NCBI GenBank assembly: GCA_965223855.1
Contig: CBDCXM010000008.1
Coordinates: 416,001 to 480,000 of the forward strand
DNA from: Candidatus Multivoradales bacterium
GTDB taxonomy: Bacteria; Acidobacteriota; Thermoanaerobaculia; Multivoradales; JAHEKO01
DNA length: 64,000 nt
Direction of reading: 5' to 3'
Position 1 is the first letter of the stretch, and every line of letters begins with the position of its first letter. Positions 24,774 through 34,043 of the stretch are shown piece by piece. Both the position numbers and the translations under genes were made by a program. The notes under the pieces were generated by a model. The model saw only the letters and a program-made list of their open reading frames with translations, searched no databases and was not told the DNA's origin.

Positions 24774-26957
24774 CTAGCCTCCCTCGCCTCCGACCAGCTC
24801 GGTGAAGATCCCGCACCGGGTCGTCTCGACGTAGAGATCGACCGCTCCGGCCTTCGACAGCGCCTCCCAGCGGAAGATGTCCTCCAGGACGGCCAGCGGC
24901 TCTCCGGCACAGGGCCCCGCCTCGAGGCTCGCCCCTTCCAGCACTCGGCCGGCCCCGACCTCGAAGACGACGTCTCCCCCCGCGCAAAGTGCCTCGGAGG
25001 ACGGAACCTGCGAGGAGCGCCCCCGGAGCTCGGAGCGGAGAAAGGGGCCGAGCTCCGTGTCGGCGGGAAGCCATCCGTCCGCATTGAGGTCCGCTCCCGG
25101 CAGTCGCCTCTCCAGCGCATCGGCCACGACCGCCGCAAACTGACTGTCGTCGCTCACCCGCTCACGGGCGCTGCCGGCAGACATCCACACTCTGGCGGGT
25201 TGCCGGCCGAGCCATTCGGCGGAACCCGGCTCGGGCCCCTCACTCGAGAGGAACGGGAAGTCCCTCGCACGCCTCAGAGCCTCTCTCCCGGGCGGGCATT
25301 CCCGATCGCTGTCGGCCGGCAGGAACACCTGGCCGGAGAAACAACTGTCTAAGACGAGAAGCTGCTGGCGCGCCCGATCGAGCCTGACGAGCGACCACTG
25401 GCGCACCTCGTCCATGCTGACGGCGGCCTGGCGAAAGTCGACCGCCTCTCGGGAGGGGGCATCCACGGGGACGATCCAGCCAACCTCGATGCCCAGCTCC
25501 CGGCTGCGGGTGAGATGTCCGTGCCCCGCGTAGTAGACGACCAGCCGCTCGTCCGGATGGATCGATCTCTCGAGTCGTTCGACGAGTGTCTCCAAATCCT
25601 GCCGGGTCGGGTTGGCCAGAAACTCGACGTCGAAGCTCTGCGCCTCCAGAGCGGAGCGCAGGCGGAGTGCGTCTCGTCGGGCTCCCGGAAGGTCGGGCCA
25701 GTCGCGATACTGCCAGGCGCCGATCACCACGGCGCGGCTGGGACCCGGATAGCCGCGAGACTCCTCCTCCAGCCACGCTTCCACCTCCTCGCGAAGCGAA
25801 TCGCCCGAGACCTCGGGCGCTTCGGCCGCCATGGAGAGGTACCGTCGCGCCGCCTCACGTTCGCCACAGCGAGCGGCGGAAAGCGCGAGCGATACCGCAG
25901 GCGACCCCTTCGCGGCGCCCGGCTCGACCGCTCCCCATGCCGCGAGTGCGCACTCGAGGCGCGGGACTCCCACCAGTCCCACCTCCTCGCAGGACTGGCT
26001 CCGGGCGATCGCCGTTCCGGCGAGGTAGTCGGACGTCGCGAATCGGGCCGCGTCCGGATGGGTGGCATCGTAGCCGCACGAAGGACGGTCCGATGCGCGT
26101 ACGAACGACGCCAGGCGAGGCTCCCAGGCTCCCCCGCCGCCGGGCTCCCGGCCGCGCTGCCGAAGGGACCGCTCGAGCTCTTCCACAAGGCTTCGGGAGA
26201 GGTCCGAGAGCGCTGCCATCAGGTCGACCTCGAGAGCTGCGACCTCCGCTTCCAGGTCGGCGATGTCCCTCGCGATCGGCGTGATCGACGCCAAAGTCTC
26301 CCAGATGTCGCGGTCACCGGGTGGCACCCCTTCGGAGGCGAGCGAAGCAAGCAGCCGGCGGCGGCGGGCGTCGAGCGCCTCGATCGTCGCCGACCAGCGC
26401 TGTGCTCGCCGGAGCCACTCCTCACGCCGTTGCGGCAGGGCGAGCGTCACGGACTCGAGATCGCCGACCCCCGCCTGCGCTCGCGCAATCGTCGCCTCAA
26501 TCCGACGGAGGGTACGCGGGAGAACCACGGCGGCGATCGTGCGATCCGGCGCCAGCTTCTTGAGCCGCCTCGCCTCGTACCGCAGGAGGGTGCCGGACCG
26601 GCTTGAGCTCGCGCCCGCATCGAGCTGCTGCCGGGAGATCTCCCAATGCTCGCTCGCCCGTGCGAAGTCGCCGATCTCGAACAGCGACCAGCCGAGGAAG
26701 AAGTGCGGCAGGAACGGCACCCAGCGCTGACCGTAGACCTGAACGTCTCCCCGGCTGCCGTCGCCGGCCGAGCCTTCGATGGTCTCCTCGAAAAGGAGCG
26801 CCGACTCTCGCCAGCGCCCGAAGTCGAACGCCTCCACTGCCTGGAGGAAGCTTCCGGCCGCGCTTCGCGTGGCTGCGCTGCCCCGATCCGCCGTGCCTGC
26901 CGCGCTCGCCGACAGGACTGCGACCGCCACGATCGGCCAGATCCCGGCCCTCACCAT
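24774..26957 (-). CDS. Exported caspase-family (peptidase C14) protein with N-terminal TPR-like domain
   Basis: ATG 26957 overlaps the upstream stop. Signal-like N-terminus, TPR-like YGQRWVPFLPHFFLG, AVVIGAWQY..LPGA..DA, YYAGHG (His) and LDSCFSG (Cys) dyad. Confidence 0.85.
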   Translation of the reverse strand: MVRAGIWPIVAVAVLSASAAGTADRGSAATRSAAGSFLQAVEAFDFGRWRESALLFEETIEGSAGDGSRGDVQVYGQRWVPFLPHFFLGWSLFEIGDFARASEHWEISRQQLDAGASSSRSGTLLRYEARRLKKLAPDRTIAAVVLPRTLRRIEATIARAQAGVGDLESVTLALPQRREEWLRRAQRWSATIEALDARRRRLLASLASEGVPPGDRDIWETLASITPIARDIADLEAEVAALEVDLMAALSDLSRSLVEELERSLRQRGREPGGGGAWEPRLASFVRASDRPSCGYDATHPDAARFATSDYLAGTAIARSQSCEEVGLVGVPRLECALAAWGAVEPGAAKGSPAVSLALSAARCGEREAARRYLSMAAEAPEVSGDSLREEVEAWLEEESRGYPGPSRAVVIGAWQYRDWPDLPGARRDALRLRSALEAQSFDVEFLANPTRQDLETLVERLERSIHPDERLVVYYAGHGHLTRSRELGIEVGWIVPVDAPSREAVDFRQAAVSMDEVRQWSLVRLDRARQQLLVLDSCFSGQVFLPADSDRECPPGREALRRARDFPFLSSEGPEPGSAEWLGRQPARVWMSAGSARERVSDDSQFAAVVADALERRLPGADLNADGWLPADTELGPFLRSELRGRSSQVPSSEALCAGGDVVFEVGAGRVLEGASLEAGPCAGEPLAVLEDIFRWEALSKAGAVDLYVETTRCGIFTELVGGEGG

Positions 26958-28555
26958 CGGTAGACGGCCGCGACGCTGACGATCTCGACCCGCTCCGACA
27001 CGTCGGCGGCGAGATCGATCTGAAAGCGCTGGCGCGACGGCACGATGCCGACGCCGCCGGTAACGTGCCATTCGTCCTCGCCCGGCAGGAACCGCGCCGC
27101 CAGCCGATCCAGCGGGGGTGGGAGGTTGCCGATGGAAGATCCGGGAACGTCACCGTCCGGCTCCAGTTCGAACCTCAATTGATGATCGGGATCACGCCAC
27201 GCCCCCGCCCGAAGCGCCACCTTGTGGCGCTGACCGAGCACGACCTCGAAGCCGAGGCGCCATTCGTCGCCGTCGTCCACAGCGAATCTGTCGAAGCGCG
27301 GCTGACGCGTCGTACACGGTATCGGCGGTTCGTTCAGCCGACCCGATCTGGAGTAGATCCCGCAGTCGGCCGGCGCCAGCACGTTCAGCAGGACGTTGCT
27401 TCGCGGCCGGAGCTGCGAGTACTCGACCCGGGTCCAGTCGACCGATGCCCGCAGGCGCTTGCCAAACCTCTTCGAGGCGCCCAGCGACCACGAGTCGGGG
27501 ACCCGGAAGTCGCCGACTCCGGACAGCGCGACCTCCACCGCCGGATCGGCGGCGTCGGGATTGCCCGTCTCTAGGGCGCGGTCGAGGGCGCCCTGCCCCC
27601 ACTCGAACCGGTACTCGGTGCGGAAGGCGGGAGCCCGCCGGTAAACGGCGCCCACGCTCCAGCTGGCATCCGAGGCCCGCAGCATCACTCCTGCGGACCA
27701 GGAGACCGCACCGTCGTCGGCCGTCTGGAGCTGCCGGTTTGTCTCGTTCCCGGGCACGGTCTCCACAGGTCCTGGGAGCGCTGCGTTGCCACTGCCGGGA
27801 TCGATCGTCAGGTAGCGCTGCATCCGCGAGTCGAGGCGAAGCTCGCTGTAGCCGAGGGTCACTCCGCCCGAGAGCCGTCCCGCACCGATCGTGGCGATCT
27901 CCCGGGCGAGACTCACGCCGGTCGTCGCGATCCGTAGAGAGTAGGTCCCCTCGATCGCCGCCAGCCGGCTTCGCGTCGGACGGTTGGTCCCTGGGCCTCC
28001 CAGAAAGGGACCCTCGCTGCTGATCTCCGAAAGATAGTCCGCCAATGCGTGCCGGAAAAGCGCGAGTCTCCAGCGCTCCCGGTACACGGGTGAGCCGCCG
28101 GCCGAAGAGCCTGGCCGCCGGAAGAGATGGACATACGACGCGAACGCGACGCCCTCTGTAGTGGCGGTGTGGTCGTCGAGGACCGGCGAGTCGCTCGTGT
28201 CGAGACAGGGCGCCGACGGCATCCCCGGACAGAACTGCGCCGCGCCGCTGGCGCTCCCGCGATCGGGGAAGCGGGTGATGTGGCCGTTGCTGCGGAGCTC
28301 GACGGAGACCTCGGGCCTTCTCAACCAGAGCAGCCCCGCCGGGTTGGCGTAGGCAGCGGTCGCGTCGTCGGCCAGCCCTGAGAAGGCCCCTCCCATAGCG
28401 AGGCTGCGAGCTCCGGGAGGTGCCATGCTGAACTGCTGTCCCGCATGCACCTCGTCGTTCGTCTGCGCTCCGAGTGCAGCCACGCCGAGGACCAGCGACA
28501 CCAGGAACGCAGGAACCGGGGCCGACCGCAGGGAGGAGCGTGGACATCCAGGCAT
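26951..28555 (-). CDS. Outer-membrane beta-barrel of the FadL/TodX/PorV-like family
   Basis: Signal peptide, PGARSLAMGGAF..LADDATAAYANPAGL plug motif, amphipathic strands, C-terminal YRW. Confidence 0.85.
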   Translation of the reverse strand: MPGCPRSSLRSAPVPAFLVSLVLGVAALGAQTNDEVHAGQQFSMAPPGARSLAMGGAFSGLADDATAAYANPAGLLWLRRPEVSVELRSNGHITRFPDRGSASGAAQFCPGMPSAPCLDTSDSPVLDDHTATTEGVAFASYVHLFRRPGSSAGGSPVYRERWRLALFRHALADYLSEISSEGPFLGGPGTNRPTRSRLAAIEGTYSLRIATTGVSLAREIATIGAGRLSGGVTLGYSELRLDSRMQRYLTIDPGSGNAALPGPVETVPGNETNRQLQTADDGAVSWSAGVMLRASDASWSVGAVYRRAPAFRTEYRFEWGQGALDRALETGNPDAADPAVEVALSGVGDFRVPDSWSLGASKRFGKRLRASVDWTRVEYSQLRPRSNVLLNVLAPADCGIYSRSGRLNEPPIPCTTRQPRFDRFAVDDGDEWRLGFEVVLGQRHKVALRAGAWRDPDHQLRFELEPDGDVPGSSIGNLPPPLDRLAARFLPGEDEWHVTGGVGIVPSRQRFQIDLAADVSERVEIVSVAAVYRW

Positions 28556-28656
28556 GTCCGGCGACTCCGACAGGGTGTTGCTACAGTACGTCGATCTCTG
28601 GCAGCTCACGTGAACCACTCCTATCTATCACGCGGGATCGGCTCTTCTTTTCCACC

Positions 28657-29766
28657 ATGAGAGCGACCGGACGGGAGGATCCCTCCCCCACCTCGCGAAG
28701 CGACTTCACCCGCTATCTCAGGGAAGCCGTCGGTGAACCGGGGCCCGACGACGAGTCGGTCGAGCGCTGCTGGGAGGCACTCTCGCGTGCCCTGCAGACG
28801 GAACTCGTCCGCAGGGGGTTGTGGTCCCAGCCGCCGCGCTACGTCGGGATCGAAGGTACCTCCTGGCTCGAAGGCAGGAAAGAAGGGCTCGCAACACCCT
28901 TCGACGAGCTCCTCGCCGACTGCTTCTCCTACATCTTCGTCGATCGAGCCCAGAGCCTGGCGGCGCACCTCGCCACGAAAGTCGGGATCGAAGGACTGGT
29001 GTTCCGCAACATTCGCAACTTTCTCTTCGAGCGCCAGCGCTATCACGATCCGGTCGGATTCCGTGCTTTCGACCTCCTGCGTCGAGGTCTCTCCGAGCTG
29101 ACCGCCGACGGCCGTCTGCACGCTTCCACCCGCAAACTGGGCAATCGAACGCGCATCTCCGTCGCCTCGTCCGATTCCGCCGCCGACGCGGCGCCCGATC
29201 TCGACACGGGAGAGTTGGAATCGCTCGCTCGAGTCGTTTTCGACTCGCTCTTCAGGTCAGGCGACCGATCGGCGGTCCTGTCGGAGCTGGTCCGCCACGC
29301 ACGGAAGCTCCAGCAGTCGGGCGTCGACGGGTACCGCCTGGGAGACCTCGCCGCGGCCGTGAAGGCCCTGGTGCGGGCCAGGTGGTCGGCCGTCGCTCAG
29401 TCGGAGATCGGCGAGAACGACGGCACCGATACTCCCGGCCGAGCGCCGGCTGCGACCGCACCGTCCTCGGGATTCGTCGTGGCGCAGCTCGTGCGCTGCG
29501 TCGAGGGGCTTGCCGACGACCTCGGCTGGGACTCGCAGCAGCTCGACCGCCTCTATTCCGTGTGGCGACACTTCGTCGCCACCGCGGTCGAGTCGGGGGA
29601 CACCAGGATCCCCTCCGCCCGCGCCGCCTCGAGGGCCACCGGAGTGCCTCGCGACCGGATCCCCGAGCTTCGAAGGGCCTTGGGGGGCCTCGTTCGGCGC
29701 TGTCTCGGAACAGACGCGGCGCCTTCCGGAGCCAGTTCGTCGGCCGCGCCCGTTAGTGAGGGATGA
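28657..29766 (+). CDS. Hypothetical protein, atypical sigma-70/ECF-like (region-2-like helix plus C-terminal HTH, long insert)
   Basis: DELLADCFSYIF...EGLVFRNIRNFLFERQR resembles sigma region 2; PSARAASRATGVPRDRI resembles a region-4 HTH. Confidence 0.5.
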   Translation: MRATGREDPSPTSRSDFTRYLREAVGEPGPDDESVERCWEALSRALQTELVRRGLWSQPPRYVGIEGTSWLEGRKEGLATPFDELLADCFSYIFVDRAQSLAAHLATKVGIEGLVFRNIRNFLFERQRYHDPVGFRAFDLLRRGLSELTADGRLHASTRKLGNRTRISVASSDSAADAAPDLDTGELESLARVVFDSLFRSGDRSAVLSELVRHARKLQQSGVDGYRLGDLAAAVKALVRARWSAVAQSEIGENDGTDTPGRAPAATAPSSGFVVAQLVRCVEGLADDLGWDSQQLDRLYSVWRHFVATAVESGDTRIPSARAASRATGVPRDRIPELRRALGGLVRRCLGTDAAPSGASSSAAPVSEG

Positions 29767-29773
29767 GAGAGCG

Positions 29774-30769
29774 ATGAATCCGCAACCCGATCGACGAGAG
29801 CTCGCGGCGAGAGCGCGCCGACAACTGCGCGCAGCGGCGGGAGGGCACCACGTCGGGCGGGCTCCCGAGCCCGGCTCGCTCGTGGTGTTCACGGAGTCGC
29901 GTCATCCGGTGCAATGGGTCGTGGTGGCAGCGAGCGAGGTACCGCAGGCCACTCTCGAGCTCGTACCCGCCGATCCAGTGGCACTGCTGGGGACCGGTGA
30001 TCTCTCGTCCCGACCCGAGGGGACGGAGTCGAGCCTCACCGTTCGATGCCGATGGGCACGAACGGTGCCGCTCCCCTCTCCCGAGAGCGTCGTCGTCATC
30101 GATCGGCTCCCGCATCAGGACCTGCACAGGATCGTGGCCGAGGCTCGAAGCCCCCGAACTCGCTTCGCCGCGCGAGGCGTCGACGACAGCCACGACTACC
30201 AGGACTGGATCGACGACGTCGTCCAACCGGCAATGGACGAGTTGGAACAGCTCTCGGAAGAACCTCTGCGGCTCGAGCGGCCTCGGCGAGCCGCACGGGA
30301 GGGGGCACGAAGCGGAGCCTGGACCCGGGCATGGACTCGTGCCGCAGCCGCTGCGCTCCTCGTCGGTCTCGGCTTCGCCTGGGGTACCCTCCAGACTCGC
30401 GAGAATCGGCGGGAGGGCGCCTTCGAGAGCACCTTCGTGCCGCTCTCGGCGGTGTCGCCGACGCGGGCCGGTAAGCCCATCGATCCGGCGCCGACCCTCC
30501 CGGCGCCGACCCTCCCGGTGAGCGGCTCGTACAGCCTCCTCTTCGCGATGACCCCGGACTGGAATTCCGATGGCCGGCCGCTGCGGCTCGACTTCACATC
30601 GACCGGGGAGGCGGATTCGTTCGAGATCCTCGAGGTGTCCGAAGTCGCGATCGACGGCCGCGGCTATGTCTCCGTCGTCGTCCCCGCGGAGATGCTGGCT
30701 CCCGGCGAGTGGCAGGTGCACCTTTCGGGCGCGGGCGAGGCGCTCGTCTATCGGTTCCGCGTCGACTGA
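29774..30769 (+). CDS. Single-pass membrane protein, anti-sigma-like (cytoplasmic SH3/PemK-like domain, TM helix, periplasmic beta domain)
   Basis: ATG 8 nt after the upstream stop. W..AAAAALLVGLGFAWG TM typical of anti-sigma factors; C-terminal LAPGEWQVHL..YRFRVD Ig-like end. Confidence 0.5.
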   Translation: MNPQPDRRELAARARRQLRAAAGGHHVGRAPEPGSLVVFTESRHPVQWVVVAASEVPQATLELVPADPVALLGTGDLSSRPEGTESSLTVRCRWARTVPLPSPESVVVIDRLPHQDLHRIVAEARSPRTRFAARGVDDSHDYQDWIDDVVQPAMDELEQLSEEPLRLERPRRAAREGARSGAWTRAWTRAAAAALLVGLGFAWGTLQTRENRREGAFESTFVPLSAVSPTRAGKPIDPAPTLPAPTLPVSGSYSLLFAMTPDWNSDGRPLRLDFTSTGEADSFEILEVSEVAIDGRGYVSVVVPAEMLAPGEWQVHLSGAGEALVYRFRVD

Positions 30770-30883
30770 GCCGGCAGCAGCACTTCAGGTGGCAGCGGAG
30801 AGGAAGCGGCGGGTCGGCCCAACGGACGCTCGCCGGCCAATCCGGCGAGCGCTGCCGTTAGGTAGTGGACGGAGGTCGAGACT

Positions 30884-31459
30884 ATGCACGCTACCGCCGT
30901 CACCGGAGTCACCTCGCCTATCGGCGATCTGCCTTCGTCGCAAGGAGTCGAGTCGCCTGCCGGCTGCGGCGACTCACTCGTCGAACAGCTCTACCCTCAG
31001 CTCGTTGCCATGGCGACCCGGCTCATCTCGAGCGAGCCGTTCCACGGAAATCTCGAGGGCGAAGCCCTGGCCCACGAGGCCTATCTGCGCCTGCGACTCC
31101 AGACGACGCGCTGGAGAGGTGCCGGGCACTTCCTCGCCATCGCCGGGAGGATCATGCGTCGCTTGCTGATCGATCGGGCTCGAGCACGCTCCGCCCGCAA
31201 GCGCGGCGGCGACATGATCGTGGTGCGCCTCGACGAACACGCCGAGTCGTCTCCCGCTGCGACGAGCACGACGACGAACCGCTTCGCCATCGGTGAGCTG
31301 GCACGGAGCTCGCCGGAGCTCGCCAGCGTCGCCCTGCTGCGCGCCATCCACGGCTTCACGCTCGCCGAGACAGCGACGCACCTCGGCCTCTCGGAAAGCA
31401 CCGTCGTGCGACGATGGGCTGAGGCCCGCGCGCGCCTCCGGCCCCGGATGGAGCGCTGA
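30884..31459 (+). CDS. ECF sigma factor, TIGR02999/'ECF-type' family
   Basis: LYPQL..MA, ALAHEAYLRL, HFLAIAGRIMRRLLIDRAR...KRGG, GFTLAETATHLGLSESTVVRRW..ARA. Confidence 0.85.
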   Translation: MHATAVTGVTSPIGDLPSSQGVESPAGCGDSLVEQLYPQLVAMATRLISSEPFHGNLEGEALAHEAYLRLRLQTTRWRGAGHFLAIAGRIMRRLLIDRARARSARKRGGDMIVVRLDEHAESSPAATSTTTNRFAIGELARSSPELASVALLRAIHGFTLAETATHLGLSESTVVRRWAEARARLRPRMER

Positions 31460-31587
31460 CGAGCACCATCGCGACTCCGCCGTCTCGGCACGCCTCCACG
31501 GGGAGACGCACCACGACCGCAGCGCCGGCCGCCTGACACTGCAGGCCGTTGGTTGCCCGCGAGGCGACTGCGATACCCTCCCCGGCG

Positions 31588-32190
31588 ATGAACGCTCGTC
31601 ACCTCAAGGACGCCGCCAGCGGCCGCATCGAAGTCATCGCCGGCGGCATGTTCTCCGGCAAGAGCGAGGAGCTCGTCCGGCGTCTCAAGCGCGCCGTCAT
31701 CGCCCGCCAGCGGGTCCAGGCGTTCAAGCCGGCGATCGACACGAGACACGACCCGGAAGTGCTCGTCACCCGTGACGATCGGCGCCTCGCCGCCGTCAGT
31801 GCCGAAACCTCTGCCGCCGTCGAAGCCGCGCTCGAAGACGACGTGCAGGTCGTCGGCATCGACGAGGCCCAGTTCTTCGACCTGGAGCTGGTCGAGGTCG
31901 CCATGCGGCTCGCCGATCGGGGCGTCCGGGTGATCCTCGCCGGGCTCGATCAGGACTACCTGCGCCGCCCGTTCGGCCCGATGCCGGCGCTACTGTCGTT
32001 GGCCGAGCACGTCGACAAGATGCACGCGATCTGCGTGCAGTGCGGCGGCACCGCTCACTACAGCCAGAGGATCGGCGGCGGCAACGAGCAGGTGCAGGTC
32101 GGCGACACCGAGCAGTACGAGGCGCGCTGCCGCGACTGCTTCGTCCCCTACCGCTCGGCGGCGGTCGTCGAGGGCGGCTCAGGCGCGTGA
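31588..32190 (+). CDS. tdk: Thymidine kinase
   Basis: GGMFSGKSEELVRR, IDEAQFF, AGLDQD, CxxC zinc site, YEARCRDC. Confidence 0.95.
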   Translation: MNARHLKDAASGRIEVIAGGMFSGKSEELVRRLKRAVIARQRVQAFKPAIDTRHDPEVLVTRDDRRLAAVSAETSAAVEAALEDDVQVVGIDEAQFFDLELVEVAMRLADRGVRVILAGLDQDYLRRPFGPMPALLSLAEHVDKMHAICVQCGGTAHYSQRIGGGNEQVQVGDTEQYEARCRDCFVPYRSAAVVEGGSGA

Positions 32191-32203
32191 GAAGAACGGG
32201 CTG

Positions 32204-32467
32204 ATGGAGTTCGTCGAGATCGCCGTCTTCGACTCGCGCCTCGAGGCCGAGGCGATCGGTCACGCGCTCGACCCACACGGCATCCCGTTCCTCGTCCAGA
32301 GCCACGACGTCGGCATGTTCGGACCCGGGATGGTCGGATCCTCGCCTGCCGGCGCCCGGCTGCTCGTCCCGGAGAATCGGGTCGAAGAAGTCCGTCAACT
32401 GCTCGACTGCGTCGTCCGGCCTGCCGAGGGAGACTTCGCCCTGGACGACGGAGGGGAGGAAGAGTGA
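32204..32467 (+). CDS. DUF2007-like small putative signal-transducing protein
   Basis: EAEAIGHALDPHGIP...ARLLVPE pattern; lies in the tdk-pyrE operon. Confidence 0.7.
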   Translation: MEFVEIAVFDSRLEAEAIGHALDPHGIPFLVQSHDVGMFGPGMVGSSPAGARLLVPENRVEEVRQLLDCVVRPAEGDFALDDGGEEE

Positions 32468-33027
32468 GTCCTCATCGCCGGCTGTTCGAGATCCTTCGCG
32501 AGCGCAGCTATCAGCGCCGCCGCGTCGTCCTCGCCAGCGGCCGCGAGTCGGACTTCTACTTCGACAGCAAACAGACAGTGCTCGACGGCGAGGGGGCTCA
32601 CCTCACCGGCCTGCTGTTCTTCGAGGCGCTGCAGCGACTGCCCGAGGCGCCACGAGTGCGGGCGGTCGGCGGCCTCGAGCTCGGCTCGGTGCCGATCGGC
32701 GCGGCCGTCAGCGTGGTCGCGCATCAGAAGGGACATGACCTCGCCCACCTCGTCCTGCGCAAGCAGGCCAAGGCGCACGGCACGCAGGCGACCATCGAGG
32801 GTGCGGCCCTCGTGCCGGCCGGTGGCACCGTCGTCGTCGTCGAAGACGTCGTCACGACCGGCGGGTCGTCGCTCCAGGCGGCACGGCGGCTCGTCGACGC
32901 AGGCTACGAGGTAGCGACCCTCATCACGTTGATCGATCGCGAAGAGGGCGGCAGAGAGGCGATCGAGGAGGAGGGCTTCCGGCTCGTGAGCCTCTTCACC
33001 CGGTCCGACTTCGAGACCGACGCCTGA
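32464..33027 (+). CDS. pyrE: Orotate phosphoribosyltransferase
   Basis: LASGRESDFYFD, RKQAKAHG, VVVEDVVTTGGS. Confidence 0.95.
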   Translation: MSPHRRLFEILRERSYQRRRVVLASGRESDFYFDSKQTVLDGEGAHLTGLLFFEALQRLPEAPRVRAVGGLELGSVPIGAAVSVVAHQKGHDLAHLVLRKQAKAHGTQATIEGAALVPAGGTVVVVEDVVTTGGSSLQAARRLVDAGYEVATLITLIDREEGGREAIEEEGFRLVSLFTRSDFETDA

Positions 33028-33045
33028 GCCGGGAACTCCGCCTGC

Positions 33046-34008
33046 TCAGGAAGTGATCCAGGTGCCGGCCGAGCCGTCGATCGCCTCGATCACGGTGAAG
33101 ACGTCGGTGATCAGCGCCCGCTTGCCGCCGTTCTCGACGAACCTGCAGGCGGCCTCGATCTTCGGCCCCATCGAGCCGGTCGGGAACTGCCCCGCCCTCA
33201 GGTAGCCCCGCGCCTCGGCGACGGTGAGGAACCGTGCCCGGCGTTGTGAGGGCCGGCCGTAGTCGAGGTAGACCGCGTCGACGCTCGTCAGCAGGAAGAG
33301 GTGGCTCGCTCCGACCGATCTGGCGAGCTTGGCGGCGGCGTAGTCCTTGTCGATCACCGCTTCGACGCCGCTGAGTTCGCCGTCGGCGTCACGTGCGACC
33401 GGGATCCCTCCCCCGCCGGTGACGATGACGAGGGCTCCCGCCTCGACGAGGGTCGTGATCAGCCCGCTCTCGAGGATGCCGAGCGGCTCGGGAGAGGGCA
33501 CGACCCGCCGCCAGCCCCGCCCCTTGTCCTCCTTGACCACCCACCCGCGCTCGGCGACCCGTCGTTCGATCTCCTCGCGGCTGAAGGCGGGACCGACGAA
33601 CTTCGTCGGGTCGTCGAAAGCGGGATCGGCGCGATCGACTTCGACCTGCGTCAGCAGCGCACACACCGGCACTTCGAGTCCGGCCCGCAGCATCTTGTTG
33701 CGCAGCACCATCTCGATCATGTAGCCGAGGCCTCCCTGAAGGTCGGCGACCATGACATCGAGCGGCAGGTCGGGGGCCTGCCCGCGAGCGAGCTCGACGC
33801 GGATCATCTGGTTGCCGACCTGCGGACCGTTGCCGTGGGTCAGCACCACCTCGTAGCCGCGCCGCAGCATCTCGACCACGCCGTCGAGGCTCCGTCGCAG
33901 GTTGGCGTAGTCCGACTCGACCGAGCCGTCGTCGCCGTCGCGAGTGATCGCGTTGCCGCCCAGCGCGACGATGATGCGCGGGGTCGGCTCTCGGTTGTCG
34001 TCAGGCAT
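33046..34008 (-). CDS. arcC: Carbamate kinase
   Basis: VALGGNA, THGNGPQVG, PTKFVGP, RRVVPSP, GGGGIPV, EAVIDKD, GSMGPK. Confidence 0.95.
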   Translation of the reverse strand: MPDDNREPTPRIIVALGGNAITRDGDDGSVESDYANLRRSLDGVVEMLRRGYEVVLTHGNGPQVGNQMIRVELARGQAPDLPLDVMVADLQGGLGYMIEMVLRNKMLRAGLEVPVCALLTQVEVDRADPAFDDPTKFVGPAFSREEIERRVAERGWVVKEDKGRGWRRVVPSPEPLGILESGLITTLVEAGALVIVTGGGGIPVARDADGELSGVEAVIDKDYAAAKLARSVGASHLFLLTSVDAVYLDYGRPSQRRARFLTVAEARGYLRAGQFPTGSMGPKIEAACRFVENGGKRALITDVFTVIEAIDGSAGTWITS

Positions 34009-34043
34009 GGTGAGTGAACGGCCGCTCAGCGGAGTACGAGAGT

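Noticed and set aside
24774-26957. Caspase as an anti-phage or CRISPR-linked effector
   Set aside because: The protein has a signal-like N-terminus and is coupled to an OM barrel; no NLR, gasdermin, cyclase or cas gene is nearby
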